From assembly GCA_045655005.1 (NCBI GenBank), contig JAZOOJ010000007.1, forward strand, positions 162,170 to 226,169: a DNA stretch of 64,000 nt, given 5' to 3'. Under the pieces are notes generated by a model that was not told where the DNA came from, did no database searches, and was given only the letters and a program-made list of their open reading frames with translations. Shown here piece after piece: positions 20,367-29,680 of the stretch (position 1 is its first letter; each line of letters starts with the position of its first letter). Origin of the DNA: Clostridia bacterium. GTDB lineage: Bacteria > Bacillota > Clostridia > Christensenellales > UBA1242. Both the position numbers and the translations under genes were made by a program.

Positions 20367-22556
20367 TTAAACCACTTTATTTTGATTTACTGTGTTTATG
20401 TCTGATTTAAAGTGGTTTTCTTCCATCATCTTCTTTGCAAGTTCTATTTTGGCATCGTATTCTTCTTGCGTAATTGCATTATTGTTTAGCAAATGTTTTC
20501 CAAAGTGATAATGATCTGCGGTTGCATTTGTATCAGTAATTTCAGCCTTCTTGATAATCTTCATAGCCGTTTTGAAAATTATTTTAATATCTAGCCATAA
20601 TGAACAATTTTCAACATAGTAAATATCATATTCAAATGTTTCTTTCCAAGAATTTAAATTTCTTCCATTTGCCTGCGCAAGTCCTGTCAAACCTGGACGA
20701 ACTTCACTTCTTCTGTTTTGCTCTTCATTATAGAATACCATATCTTGCACAAGTTTTGGTCTTGGACCAACAATACTCATATCACCTTTAAATATATTCC
20801 ATAATTGTGGCAATTCATCAAGGCTTGTTTTACGAAGCATTTTACCAAACTTTGTTATCCTTTGGTCATCTGGTAGCAAAGCGCCATTCTCATCACGAGC
20901 ATTTGTCATACTGCGATATTTGCAGAACTTAAATAATTTATTATTTTTACCTGGCCTTGGTTGCTTGAATAGAACTGGTGAACCGTGTTTTACTCTTACT
21001 ATAATTGTTAGAACTAAAAGCACTGGAGATAAAACAATAAGAGCAATACCAGACAATAATATATCAAAAAATCTCTTGAAAAAGTGACGATACAACCAAT
21101 GTTTCTCTTTTTTCTTTTTTTCTTGTTTCATCTTACTAACTCCTTTGATCAATACCCTTTGTTTAAATAAATAATCCGCAGTTGCAGTAGTTTCTTTTTC
21201 TGCCATTACAAAAATCAATAATAACATCATAGATTCATAGTAACGCAATAAATTGATATCTATCAATCCATACAGTTCATACGTTGCCAAGGCAAATAAT
21301 GCAAAAATTTTAAACGTTGACAACTTTGTTAACATTAATTTATATCTTAGGAAATAGTGTATAACAAAACCAATCAAACCAATAATGCCACAACTTGCCA
21401 ATATTTGCAATGGTGTGCTATGAAACTTTTTCAAATTTCCAAAAAGTTCCACCCCATCTTCGCCAAAAAAACCTGCACCAAAAACTTTATTATCCATAAA
21501 GTCATTCATTGCATATTCCCAAATCGCAATTCTTCCATTATCATTTAGTCCTAAATCTATCGTAACACCAAACCATTCTAGTATTTTTGATTCCAACGAC
21601 ATAAACAAAATGCCAAGAGAAAGAATTGTAACCATCAACGAAAGAACATACAATATTTTCTTTTTTGCTTTAGTGAAGCCAAACAAAAGAAGGAATGGCA
21701 TCAAAAGTGTAACAAATAAAATATTCCCTCTGGAAAAGGTAAATAAAATTCCTATGTAAATTATAAAAGTTAAAGGTATAAATATTTGAGGAAAGTTTTT
21801 TGTTGCGTAGTAGACAAAAAACGGCAAAACTAAAGCCATCATACTTGCAAAACTATTTGACATTGCCCACCCAGGCAATAAAAGTTTGTTATGGAAAGCA
21901 ACTACAACATCCCCTGTCATATAATAAGTCGCCATTTCTTGAAAGACAAAAAATATTCCCATAGCAATGAATACTTTGCAAACATAATCTTTTGCAGATT
22001 CGTCAGTTGTATTTAAAAGTAGAAAATATCCAATAAACATTGCGATAAAAAAACCAAGAACACTCCAAGTATAGCGCATATCATAATCTGTGCAACCTAT
22101 ACCAGCAAGTAAACAAACAACCGCCACAATTAACAAAGCCCAAAACAATTCTCCAATTTTGAATTCGTTTTTTTCGACCTTGAAATGCGTAACTAAATAA
22201 AGTATTAGACTCACGATAAACGGCAAACATACACACACTATGCCAATGATGTGACTTGTTGTCATATCCATTCCCATATTGTAATATGGTAAAAAATTAA
22301 CATATACAACAACCGCTATTAAAGACTTTAAATCACGTTGAGTTAAGATAATCACGCAGGCTATTAAAGATAACACAGCAAATCCTGCAACTATCCATTT
22401 TGAATACCAAGAAATAAATACAAACACTGACAAAAAAGCCAAAAACCATTGACTCTCAGCTATTCTTTTGACTAAACTTGATAATTTATTCTCTTTTAAT
22501 CGTAATAATCCCACCATTATTCTCAATCCAACAATTTGCTCATTGCACATTAACAA
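20367..22556 (-). CDS. Fusion: O-antigen-ligase/polymerase-like (Wzy_C) membrane domain + bacterial sugar transferase (phosphoglycosyl transferase)
   Basis: The N-terminal ~470 aa are polytopic, with FSRGN.. and ..FHSTPLQILASCGIIG ligase-type motifs. The C-terminal part has FFKRFFDILLS..SPVLFKQPRPG..KYRSM..DELPQLWNIFKGDMSIVGPRP. Exact start is uncertain. Confidence 0.75.
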   Translation of the reverse strand: MLMCNEQIVGLRIMVGLLRLKENKLSSLVKRIAESQWFLAFLSVFVFISWYSKWIVAGFAVLSLIACVIILTQRDLKSLIAVVVYVNFLPYYNMGMDMTTSHIIGIVCVCLPFIVSLILYLVTHFKVEKNEFKIGELFWALLIVAVVCLLAGIGCTDYDMRYTWSVLGFFIAMFIGYFLLLNTTDESAKDYVCKVFIAMGIFFVFQEMATYYMTGDVVVAFHNKLLLPGWAMSNSFASMMALVLPFFVYYATKNFPQIFIPLTFIIYIGILFTFSRGNILFVTLLMPFLLLFGFTKAKKKILYVLSLMVTILSLGILFMSLESKILEWFGVTIDLGLNDNGRIAIWEYAMNDFMDNKVFGAGFFGEDGVELFGNLKKFHSTPLQILASCGIIGLIGFVIHYFLRYKLMLTKLSTFKIFALFALATYELYGLIDINLLRYYESMMLLLIFVMAEKETTATADYLFKQRVLIKGVSKMKQEKKKKEKHWLYRHFFKRFFDILLSGIALIVLSPVLLVLTIIVRVKHGSPVLFKQPRPGKNNKLFKFCKYRSMTNARDENGALLPDDQRITKFGKMLRKTSLDELPQLWNIFKGDMSIVGPRPKLVQDMVFYNEEQNRRSEVRPGLTGLAQANGRNLNSWKETFEYDIYYVENCSLWLDIKIIFKTAMKIIKKAEITDTNATADHYHFGKHLLNNNAITQEEYDAKIELAKKMMEENHFKSDINTVNQNKVV

Positions 22557-22701
22557 GAAGTTTTCTTGTTATAAATTATTGTAACATAACAAAACGCACT
22601 ATTGCAAGAGAAAATCTGAACTATTAATATTTAGTTTACTTTTAAATATGCTTGTAATATAATAATTTAAGAAAGCATAACCTAATACCGAGGGAAATAT
22701 T

Positions 22702-23475
22702 ATGAAAGAAATTTTAAAAATGATAATTCTCGGTATTGTTCAAGGGTTAACTGAATTTTTGCCTGTTTCTTCAAGCGGACACCTAATTCTTCTGCAAGAT
22801 ATCTTTGGGATTAAAGAAAACATTCTTTTTAACACCATTATTTTGCATTTTGGAACACTGCTTGCCGTTGTTGTTTTTTATTTTAAAGATTTGCTTGGAC
22901 TGTTAAAAAAAGAAAATCATAAAACCATTTGGCTTCTCGCAATTGCAACTATTCCCGCATGCTTTGTGGGGCTTTTCTTGGGGGATTTTATAGAAAGGTA
23001 CGGAACTACAACTTTGCTATGCTTTACATTCCTTATAACTGGTGTTTTATTGATTTTTACAACACGCTTCCGCAAAAAAATGTACACTTGGGCAACAATT
23101 TCAAATAAAACAGCGATTACTATGGGACTTTGCCAATGTGTTGCCCTACTTCCCGGGATTAGCAGGAGCGGAGCAACCATTTCCGGCGGAGTTTTATCCA
23201 AATCAGACCCAAAACTTGTTACAAAATTTAGTTTTTTTATGAGCATTCCAATAATTTTAGGTTCACTGATATTAGAGTGTTTTAAAGTTGACCTTATTGG
23301 CATAAATTGGGTGGCTACAATAGTTGGACTTATTTCAGCATTTATATCAGGAATTTTTGCAATAAAAGTTATGATGAAAGTAGCTGAGAAGTGTAATTTT
23401 AAATGGTTTGGTATTTATCTATTAATTCTTTCATTGGTGTGCTTTATTAATGAATTTATGGTGAGTATATGGTAA
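22702..23475 (+). CDS. uppP: Undecaprenyl-diphosphate phosphatase
   Basis: GIVQGLTEFLPVSSSGHL and PGISRSGATISGG motifs. Confidence 0.95.
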   Translation: MKEILKMIILGIVQGLTEFLPVSSSGHLILLQDIFGIKENILFNTIILHFGTLLAVVVFYFKDLLGLLKKENHKTIWLLAIATIPACFVGLFLGDFIERYGTTTLLCFTFLITGVLLIFTTRFRKKMYTWATISNKTAITMGLCQCVALLPGISRSGATISGGVLSKSDPKLVTKFSFFMSIPIILGSLILECFKVDLIGINWVATIVGLISAFISGIFAIKVMMKVAEKCNFKWFGIYLLILSLVCFINEFMVSIW

Positions 23476-24875
23476 AATTAAACATTCTAAAAAACTGGAA
23501 AGCGTATAAAAATGGGCCCAAAAGCTCGGTTATTGTGTGCTATTATTTAAGTTTTTTGCCAATTATCGTTTCGCTTTTTTATTGTTTTTTTAGTTTGTTT
23601 AACAAAACAGATTTTAAGTTTTTATATCAACATTTACAATACTCGTATTTGCTAATTATATTTCCAATCTTGTTCATTTTAATTGATATTTTAAGGCTAA
23701 TTAAAGGAAAATATAAAATCAGATTTTCCTTTAAAGCCTTTGTAAAAGATTATCCCGAAGTTATACTCTTGTCATCACTCATATTATGGATTTTGATTGC
23801 TTGCTTTGTAAGACTTTTTCAAGGAATATATCCTAACGGATTTGAAGCAAAAGCATACAGCATCTTTTCAATTTATCAAGGGCTTCCTTTCTTTGTTTTT
23901 TATGCAATGTGCTTTGCTTTCGCATTTTCATTAAAGCATAGAAAAATTAGTGAAAATATTATCTTTTCATTAACTATTTGCTCAACAATATTAGTTGCTT
24001 TTTCATTAATTGACCCAACTGGAAAACTTGGATTTCAATCGCTTGGGAATACGAATTGGTGCAGTGTATTTTTCAATAGCAACTACTACGGATTTTATTT
24101 AGCCATAACAACAATTTTAACGTTTGGGATTTTTGCACTCTCTTGCAACAATTATATTAAATATATCTCTTTAATAATTGGATTTTTTCATCTTTTAGTA
24201 TGCTTCTTAAACAACTCTCTTGCGTGTATGTTTTCAATTTTTATAGTACTTATCTTAATGCCCATTATACTTACGATTAAAAACCGAAAATTCGATTGGC
24301 AAACCCTACTACCATTGATAGGATTTATCGCATTATCTCAAATCACTATTGTTTTTGCAAAAATTTATTACAGCAAGTATGAGAACTTCTTTCTACAGTT
24401 TGCCAATATGTTTTATGAACTTTTTAATCTAATCATCAACCCGACTGCACCTACAAATGCAACTTTTGGAACTGGACGTGCAAAACTTTGGTATGATTCG
24501 TTAAAAGAAATACTTTCTAATCCAATTTGGGGCACCGGCAACACAAAAAGCCTACCACACTCTGAATATTTACAACTTGCAGAAACTTGGGGGCTTCCTT
24601 GCTTGACTTTATATCTTAGCGGAATTATAATTATTCTATTAAAATGTTTCAAACATTTAAGAAAACTAGGCAATATATCATTAATCTTGCTTTTTGCAAC
24701 TATAAGCTACCTAATTTCTGCATGTTTTGGCAATATTATGCCACACATAGCTCCTTATTTTATAATGGTTTTAGCTCTACTCACCAGGTGGAGCACTGTA
24801 GATATCAAGAAAGCAAAATTGCAAAATCAAATACAAACAGAAGGCATTGAAATTACCGACAGCAATGTGCTTTAA
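23469..24875 (+). CDS. O-antigen ligase family membrane protein (Wzy_C-like)
   Basis: About 10 TM helices. Loop motif NPIWGTGNTKSLPHSEYLQLAETWGL. Start overlaps the uppP stop (ATGGTAA). Confidence 0.7.
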   Translation: MVKLNILKNWKAYKNGPKSSVIVCYYLSFLPIIVSLFYCFFSLFNKTDFKFLYQHLQYSYLLIIFPILFILIDILRLIKGKYKIRFSFKAFVKDYPEVILLSSLILWILIACFVRLFQGIYPNGFEAKAYSIFSIYQGLPFFVFYAMCFAFAFSLKHRKISENIIFSLTICSTILVAFSLIDPTGKLGFQSLGNTNWCSVFFNSNYYGFYLAITTILTFGIFALSCNNYIKYISLIIGFFHLLVCFLNNSLACMFSIFIVLILMPIILTIKNRKFDWQTLLPLIGFIALSQITIVFAKIYYSKYENFFLQFANMFYELFNLIINPTAPTNATFGTGRAKLWYDSLKEILSNPIWGTGNTKSLPHSEYLQLAETWGLPCLTLYLSGIIIILLKCFKHLRKLGNISLILLFATISYLISACFGNIMPHIAPYFIMVLALLTRWSTVDIKKAKLQNQIQTEGIEITDSNVL

Positions 24876-24890
24876 AAAGGATAAAAACTA

Positions 24891-26339
24891 ATGAAATTCA
24901 AAGAATTACAAGAGAGATATAAAAACACAAAACAAATTGATTTTTTATATGACTTAAAACATTATAAAGGGCTTAAATCTTCAATAATAATCCCCTACGC
25001 TTGCATGATAGCTCCAATAGTTGTGACTTGGATACTTTATTTTTGTCACAGCATACTAAATATTGAATTACTCTATGTTGGCCGATTAAATACATTCCCG
25101 ATTTGGCTGTTCATCTTTGCAATAATATTATTTTGCACAGTCGATATACGACAAATTGTGGTTAATATAATTGACAATAGGAAAAATATACACCCTATTA
25201 TATGGCTTAAAACGAGTATAAAACAATTTCCCGAAGTCTTATTTTTAGCTTTTATGTTCATTTGGATTTTGATTGCAACGATTTTAAACCCTGCAACTGG
25301 TTCGGTGTTAAGCATTAAATATGAAACAAGTAGTTATATCACATTACAAGAAGGCGTGTTATTCTATTTAGGCTATGCCATTATATTTATTTTTTCATTT
25401 ATGCTTAAAGATAAGCAAGTTTATGAAAAACTATTAATAGCATTTTTAATATCGTCGATATTTGCAGGAATTTCAACAATAATTGACCCTTATGGAAATT
25501 TTATTTTAGCATCTCACAATAACACCGGTTGGGCTTTTTCAATGATAAACTCAAACCATTATGGTTATTTTTTAACACTTGCAGTTATCTGTTCAGCCTG
25601 CATGTTTTTAACAACAAAATCTCGTGGTTTAAAGATTTTCACAGGGATAACATTTCTTTTAAACACAATTATACTTATTTTTAACGATACACTAGGATGT
25701 ATGCTTGCAGTCTTGGCGGTTTTAGTTTTAATACCTATCATTTTTTCAATCAGAGCGAAGAAATTTCAATGGATATATTCTCTTCCACTTGGAATATTTC
25801 TCGTTTTAACTTTTATTCTTACTCCACTTGCTGAATATGTTGGGTCATCAACATATAAAGGACTTTTAAGACAAATCGTAGGACTTGTACAAGATTTCTT
25901 TAACGTTACAAGCAATCCACTTTCAGAAGAAGCATCTCACGCAGGAACAGACAGGTGGTCTTTGTGGCTTAAAGCTTTTGAAGGAATCAAAGAGCACCCT
26001 TGGATTGGAACAGGAGATGTCATTTTTAAACCACATAACGAATATTTACAACACGCATACAATTTCGGTATTTTATGCCTTGCGTTCTACCTTATTTCTC
26101 TTGTAATAATCTTGGTGAAAGTATTGAAAAATCTTAGAAGGTTGTCAGACATAACACTTATTCTTTCAATCACTACACTATCCTATTTAATAAGTGCGTT
26201 ATTTGGCAATACTATGCCACACACAATAATATATTTCTTAGTTATACTTGGCATTACAATAAGGTCGCTGAACATTGATATTCAAAACAAAAAACAAAAA
26301 GAAGGCAATACCACAGAAATTTTAACAACACAAGAATAA
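24891..26339 (+). CDS. O-antigen ligase family membrane protein (paralog)
   Basis: Same architecture as the previous gene. HPWIGTGDVIFKPHNEYLQHAYNFGIL. Confidence 0.7.
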   Translation: MKFKELQERYKNTKQIDFLYDLKHYKGLKSSIIIPYACMIAPIVVTWILYFCHSILNIELLYVGRLNTFPIWLFIFAIILFCTVDIRQIVVNIIDNRKNIHPIIWLKTSIKQFPEVLFLAFMFIWILIATILNPATGSVLSIKYETSSYITLQEGVLFYLGYAIIFIFSFMLKDKQVYEKLLIAFLISSIFAGISTIIDPYGNFILASHNNTGWAFSMINSNHYGYFLTLAVICSACMFLTTKSRGLKIFTGITFLLNTIILIFNDTLGCMLAVLAVLVLIPIIFSIRAKKFQWIYSLPLGIFLVLTFILTPLAEYVGSSTYKGLLRQIVGLVQDFFNVTSNPLSEEASHAGTDRWSLWLKAFEGIKEHPWIGTGDVIFKPHNEYLQHAYNFGILCLAFYLISLVIILVKVLKNLRRLSDITLILSITTLSYLISALFGNTMPHTIIYFLVILGITIRSLNIDIQNKKQKEGNTTEILTTQE

Positions 26340-26443
26340 AATTATATAATAAAAATAAAAGGGAAAGAATTTATTGTTTTTAACAATCTCATCTCCCCTT
26401 TTTTTATTGCTATTAATTAGAATAATTTTATAAACAAAAATAA

Positions 26444-26474
26444 CCCCCTTGAAATAAATCAAGGGGGTTTTTTT
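26444..26474 (+). terminator. Intrinsic terminator
   Basis: CCCCCTTGA-AATAAA-TCAAGGGGG followed by TTTTTTT. Confidence 0.8.
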
Positions 26475-26552
26475 AGATTTTCGACCTTTTGAAGCGAGAG
26501 GCTGTTAACTTTTTTAAGGTTAACAGCAGTCGCTCATATTAGGTGCATTTCG

Positions 26553-29249
26553 TCAACTCTTGTCAGGTTTTAAATGAGCCCGTGCAAGGTACTCCTCGTT
26601 TAAAGGAATAACAAATCGCTTTTCTGAATTTGTCGCTGTAAACTCTAAATTATTGCCTTTTAATGTTGTTTCATTAACATTTTCAAATAGCAATACTTTA
26701 TGTTGAATTAAGTTAATATCAGCACCTTGGGCAATTGCATTAATTAAATCAAGGGCTTTCATTTTGTATAGATTGCCATCGTTTAATGTGATTGCCACTT
26801 CGTCTTCTGAAAGTTGCCAAGCATTTTTAGGCAACTCGAAAGTTTCTTTAGTGTTTACGTTAAAGAACTTGTATCCATTGTCAAGGCATAGATAACTACC
26901 ATTATAATAAACGAATTTATATTTATCATAACTATCCGCAAAGTGTACAGATTTTGCTAATTTAGTAGGTTTTACCGCCACTAAAGAGCCATCTTCACTT
27001 AACACTTTCAAATCGGTAATTTTGCCACGATCTAAATCAAAACTTCCGTCCATAGTTATAAAGTATAGGCGTTTATTGTCGCCAAGTGCCAGTAGTGCGT
27101 TCCTATTCCACAAACTTACTCTCTTTCCATCAGAAGTCGTTTTAACTTCTTCCTCACTAGGGCCGTTTGTTATACCAATGTAGATATTGCCGAATATATC
27201 TTGCATTGAACAAACGACATTATAATCTGGATTGATTTCAATTTTTTCATAAGTTACACCTTCTGGTTTGATAAGCACTTTATAAATACTATCTTCGGTG
27301 TGAATTAGACCGCAAGAAACACTTTTTACAACCCCAAGGGTTTTTAAAGAGTATTGTTTTTTAGTCTTTTTGTCAATTAGATATAATGAATTGTTCTTTG
27401 AAGGAGTTAAGATATCTCCATCATTTGTCATTCTTACATCCGAAAGAATGTAGAAATTAGTCCATTCATACATAAATCCAAGTTCATTAATCTCTGCAAA
27501 CGACAACGCAATTTCGTTTTTACCACGAATATAAGCACTGCCTTTCTTCGCATTCTTAATCACTCTTGATTTGACACTATCGATAACTTTCCTGAAACGT
27601 GTGTTTCGGTCTTCCAACTCTCTCTCATTATTAGCATCGCCACGAGGTTTTAATGCTCGCAGACGTTTTTCAAATTGAGTTAATGAACGTGTTGCGGTGT
27701 TCTGCGTTTGACTTATCCCGCCAGAATCATAAACAGGTGGGCCATTTCGTCCGCTTCCGCCTCCACCGACTGAATCACTCCAAGGTGGACCATTTCGTCC
27801 TCCCGAATCATTCCATGGTGGTGGGCCGTTTCGTCCGTTTGGTGGACCATCCTTATTATTCCAAGGTGGGCCATTTCGTCCGCTTCCGCCTCCACCGCCT
27901 GAATCACTCCAAGGTGGACCGTTTCGTCCTCCCGAATCATTCCATGGTGGTGGGCCGTTTCGTCCGTTTGGTGGACCGTCCTTATTGTTCCAAGGTGGGC
28001 CATTTCGTCCGCTTCCGCCTCCACCGCCTGAATCACTCCAAGGTGGACCATTTCGTCCTCCCGAATCATTCCATGGTGGTGGGCCTTCCCGTCCATTTGT
28101 TTTATATGTAGCATATGGTGGTCCATTCTTTCCGCTTGGAGTTCCATCTTTGTTGTTCCAAGGCGGACCGTTCCTGCCATATGGTCCATCTCTATAAGGC
28201 TGACCTGAGCCCCGAATTTGTCCGTATGCATTCCAATCGCCGACATCTTCTGGGGGTCCGTTAATATTTATTGAGGTCTTCAAAACATCTCTGTCTTGAT
28301 TTTTAATATCGTAATTTTCGTAAGGTGCATAGAACCGCTTATAAGTATCAACATCTATAACGCCTGTTGCAATCAACCTGCGTCGTTCACGCATCATACG
28401 CCGATAAACGCTTCTATCCACATAAGTGCCTCTTGCAATTTGGTCGTGCTTCAACCTGCTCATCATATCGATAATTTCGATAAGCTCTAAGGTTGATAAA
28501 ATCAACTGCACGCCACTTGGCACTTCAACCATCCAAATAATACCTGTGTTGGTAGAAGCAAAGCCTAAGAAACTTCTAACAACAGAGCTAGTATTTGTAT
28601 ACTTTCCTACCACATAATCTTCTTTAATCCAGTAGCTGTCATATTGAGGGTTGCCGTTACCATCAATATTTGAAGTTCCCCATGTTCTAAACCACAGGGC
28701 ATTCTGGTACTCGACTATGTCGACTACCTGGTGGAAAATGATTGTACTGTTTGACCTGATAGCACGTTCGCTTGCTTCGGTCGCTGTATATGTAAGGTTT
28801 GCAAAAACCTTGTTAAAATAAAGTCTCCACGATGAAACTTTGCTGTAATTTGGGCTGTTGCCATTTAAATACGATGCTTCGGTAACTTCAATTTTTTCTT
28901 CGGCTTCTGCTCTTTTTGCCAAAGATTTAACATCACCACTTGTTTCGATATATCGATAATAAGCAATAATATCACCAACTTTAATTTCTTCTGCGTCCTC
29001 TGACTTAACCATTACGGTATCATCAACTTCAAAGCCAGAGTCAAGCATAGATTCGGAAAGAATGGTAACCAAAGAATAGCCAAACAAGTTTGGCACACTG
29101 TTATTCCTTTTAGCATTAATCATTACAATAGAACAAATAACAGATAACACTAAAACAGGAATAATTAAGACATTAGTAACGGTGTCCAAAAATTCAAGCC
29201 AACGACTTGTATATTCAGACCCCTTAGGCTTATTCCTTCGTTTACTCAT
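26553..29249 (-). CDS. SipW-type (S26B) signal peptidase fused to Gly/Pro/Asn repeat linker and large uncharacterised C-terminal domain
   Basis: N-terminal TM helix, then LSESM..VDDTVMVK..GDIIAY (SxSM Ser motif) and IIFHQVVDI (His motif). Tandem GRNGPPW repeats occupy aa ~330-510, followed by about 380 aa of beta-rich sequence. Confidence 0.65.
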   Translation of the reverse strand: MSKRRNKPKGSEYTSRWLEFLDTVTNVLIIPVLVLSVICSIVMINAKRNNSVPNLFGYSLVTILSESMLDSGFEVDDTVMVKSEDAEEIKVGDIIAYYRYIETSGDVKSLAKRAEAEEKIEVTEASYLNGNSPNYSKVSSWRLYFNKVFANLTYTATEASERAIRSNSTIIFHQVVDIVEYQNALWFRTWGTSNIDGNGNPQYDSYWIKEDYVVGKYTNTSSVVRSFLGFASTNTGIIWMVEVPSGVQLILSTLELIEIIDMMSRLKHDQIARGTYVDRSVYRRMMRERRRLIATGVIDVDTYKRFYAPYENYDIKNQDRDVLKTSININGPPEDVGDWNAYGQIRGSGQPYRDGPYGRNGPPWNNKDGTPSGKNGPPYATYKTNGREGPPPWNDSGGRNGPPWSDSGGGGGSGRNGPPWNNKDGPPNGRNGPPPWNDSGGRNGPPWSDSGGGGGSGRNGPPWNNKDGPPNGRNGPPPWNDSGGRNGPPWSDSVGGGGSGRNGPPVYDSGGISQTQNTATRSLTQFEKRLRALKPRGDANNERELEDRNTRFRKVIDSVKSRVIKNAKKGSAYIRGKNEIALSFAEINELGFMYEWTNFYILSDVRMTNDGDILTPSKNNSLYLIDKKTKKQYSLKTLGVVKSVSCGLIHTEDSIYKVLIKPEGVTYEKIEINPDYNVVCSMQDIFGNIYIGITNGPSEEEVKTTSDGKRVSLWNRNALLALGDNKRLYFITMDGSFDLDRGKITDLKVLSEDGSLVAVKPTKLAKSVHFADSYDKYKFVYYNGSYLCLDNGYKFFNVNTKETFELPKNAWQLSEDEVAITLNDGNLYKMKALDLINAIAQGADINLIQHKVLLFENVNETTLKGNNLEFTATNSEKRFVIPLNEEYLARAHLKPDKS
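27736..28085. repeat. Tandem repeat, 129-bp unit, about 2.7 near-identical copies, inside the peptidase gene
   Basis: GGTGGGCCATTTCGTCCGCTTCCGCC recurs at 27736, 27865 and 27994. The unit encodes GRNGPPPWNDSGGRNGPPWSDSGGGGGSGRNGPPWNNKDGPPN. Degenerate copies extend to about 28200. Confidence 0.95.
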
Positions 29250-29680
29250 AGTCTCCTAACCTATAAATCAATCACATTTCGGCTTATGTCTTCGATTATG
29301 ATTAGATTTAGACTAATATTAAAGTTTTGATTTTATTAAATTTTTCGACTTTTGCTTTCGACTTTTAGTAATGTTTTTAAAGGTTACCCTTTAATTAAAT
29401 AGTCCCATATATTCCCACCCCTACCGGCTGGTCGATACTATCAATCTTCACAGTGCAATAATAATTAAACTACTTAATTAAAAGGTACAGCTTTATGTAT
29501 TTTGATGTTACTACTTTAAATTTGTTATTTTACAATTATTGCTGGCAGGGCGAACTGTCAGCAACATTGTAAAATCTTATCTTATTCTAAATTATAATTT
29601 AGAACAGGTTTGGCTTTTGTGCTGAAAGGGCTAATACCTGTCTTTCAGCACAAAAGTTCCCTGTCATTTTAATGGTTTTA

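Noticed and set aside
27653-28246. Track ORFs 27653-28111 (+), 27713-28246 (-) and 27985-28197 (+) with His/Met/Val- or Pro-rich repetitive translations
   Set aside because: They are alternative-frame or antisense readings of the 129-bp tandem repeat inside the 898-aa gene. Their periodicity simply mirrors the repeat, and no RBS is visible.
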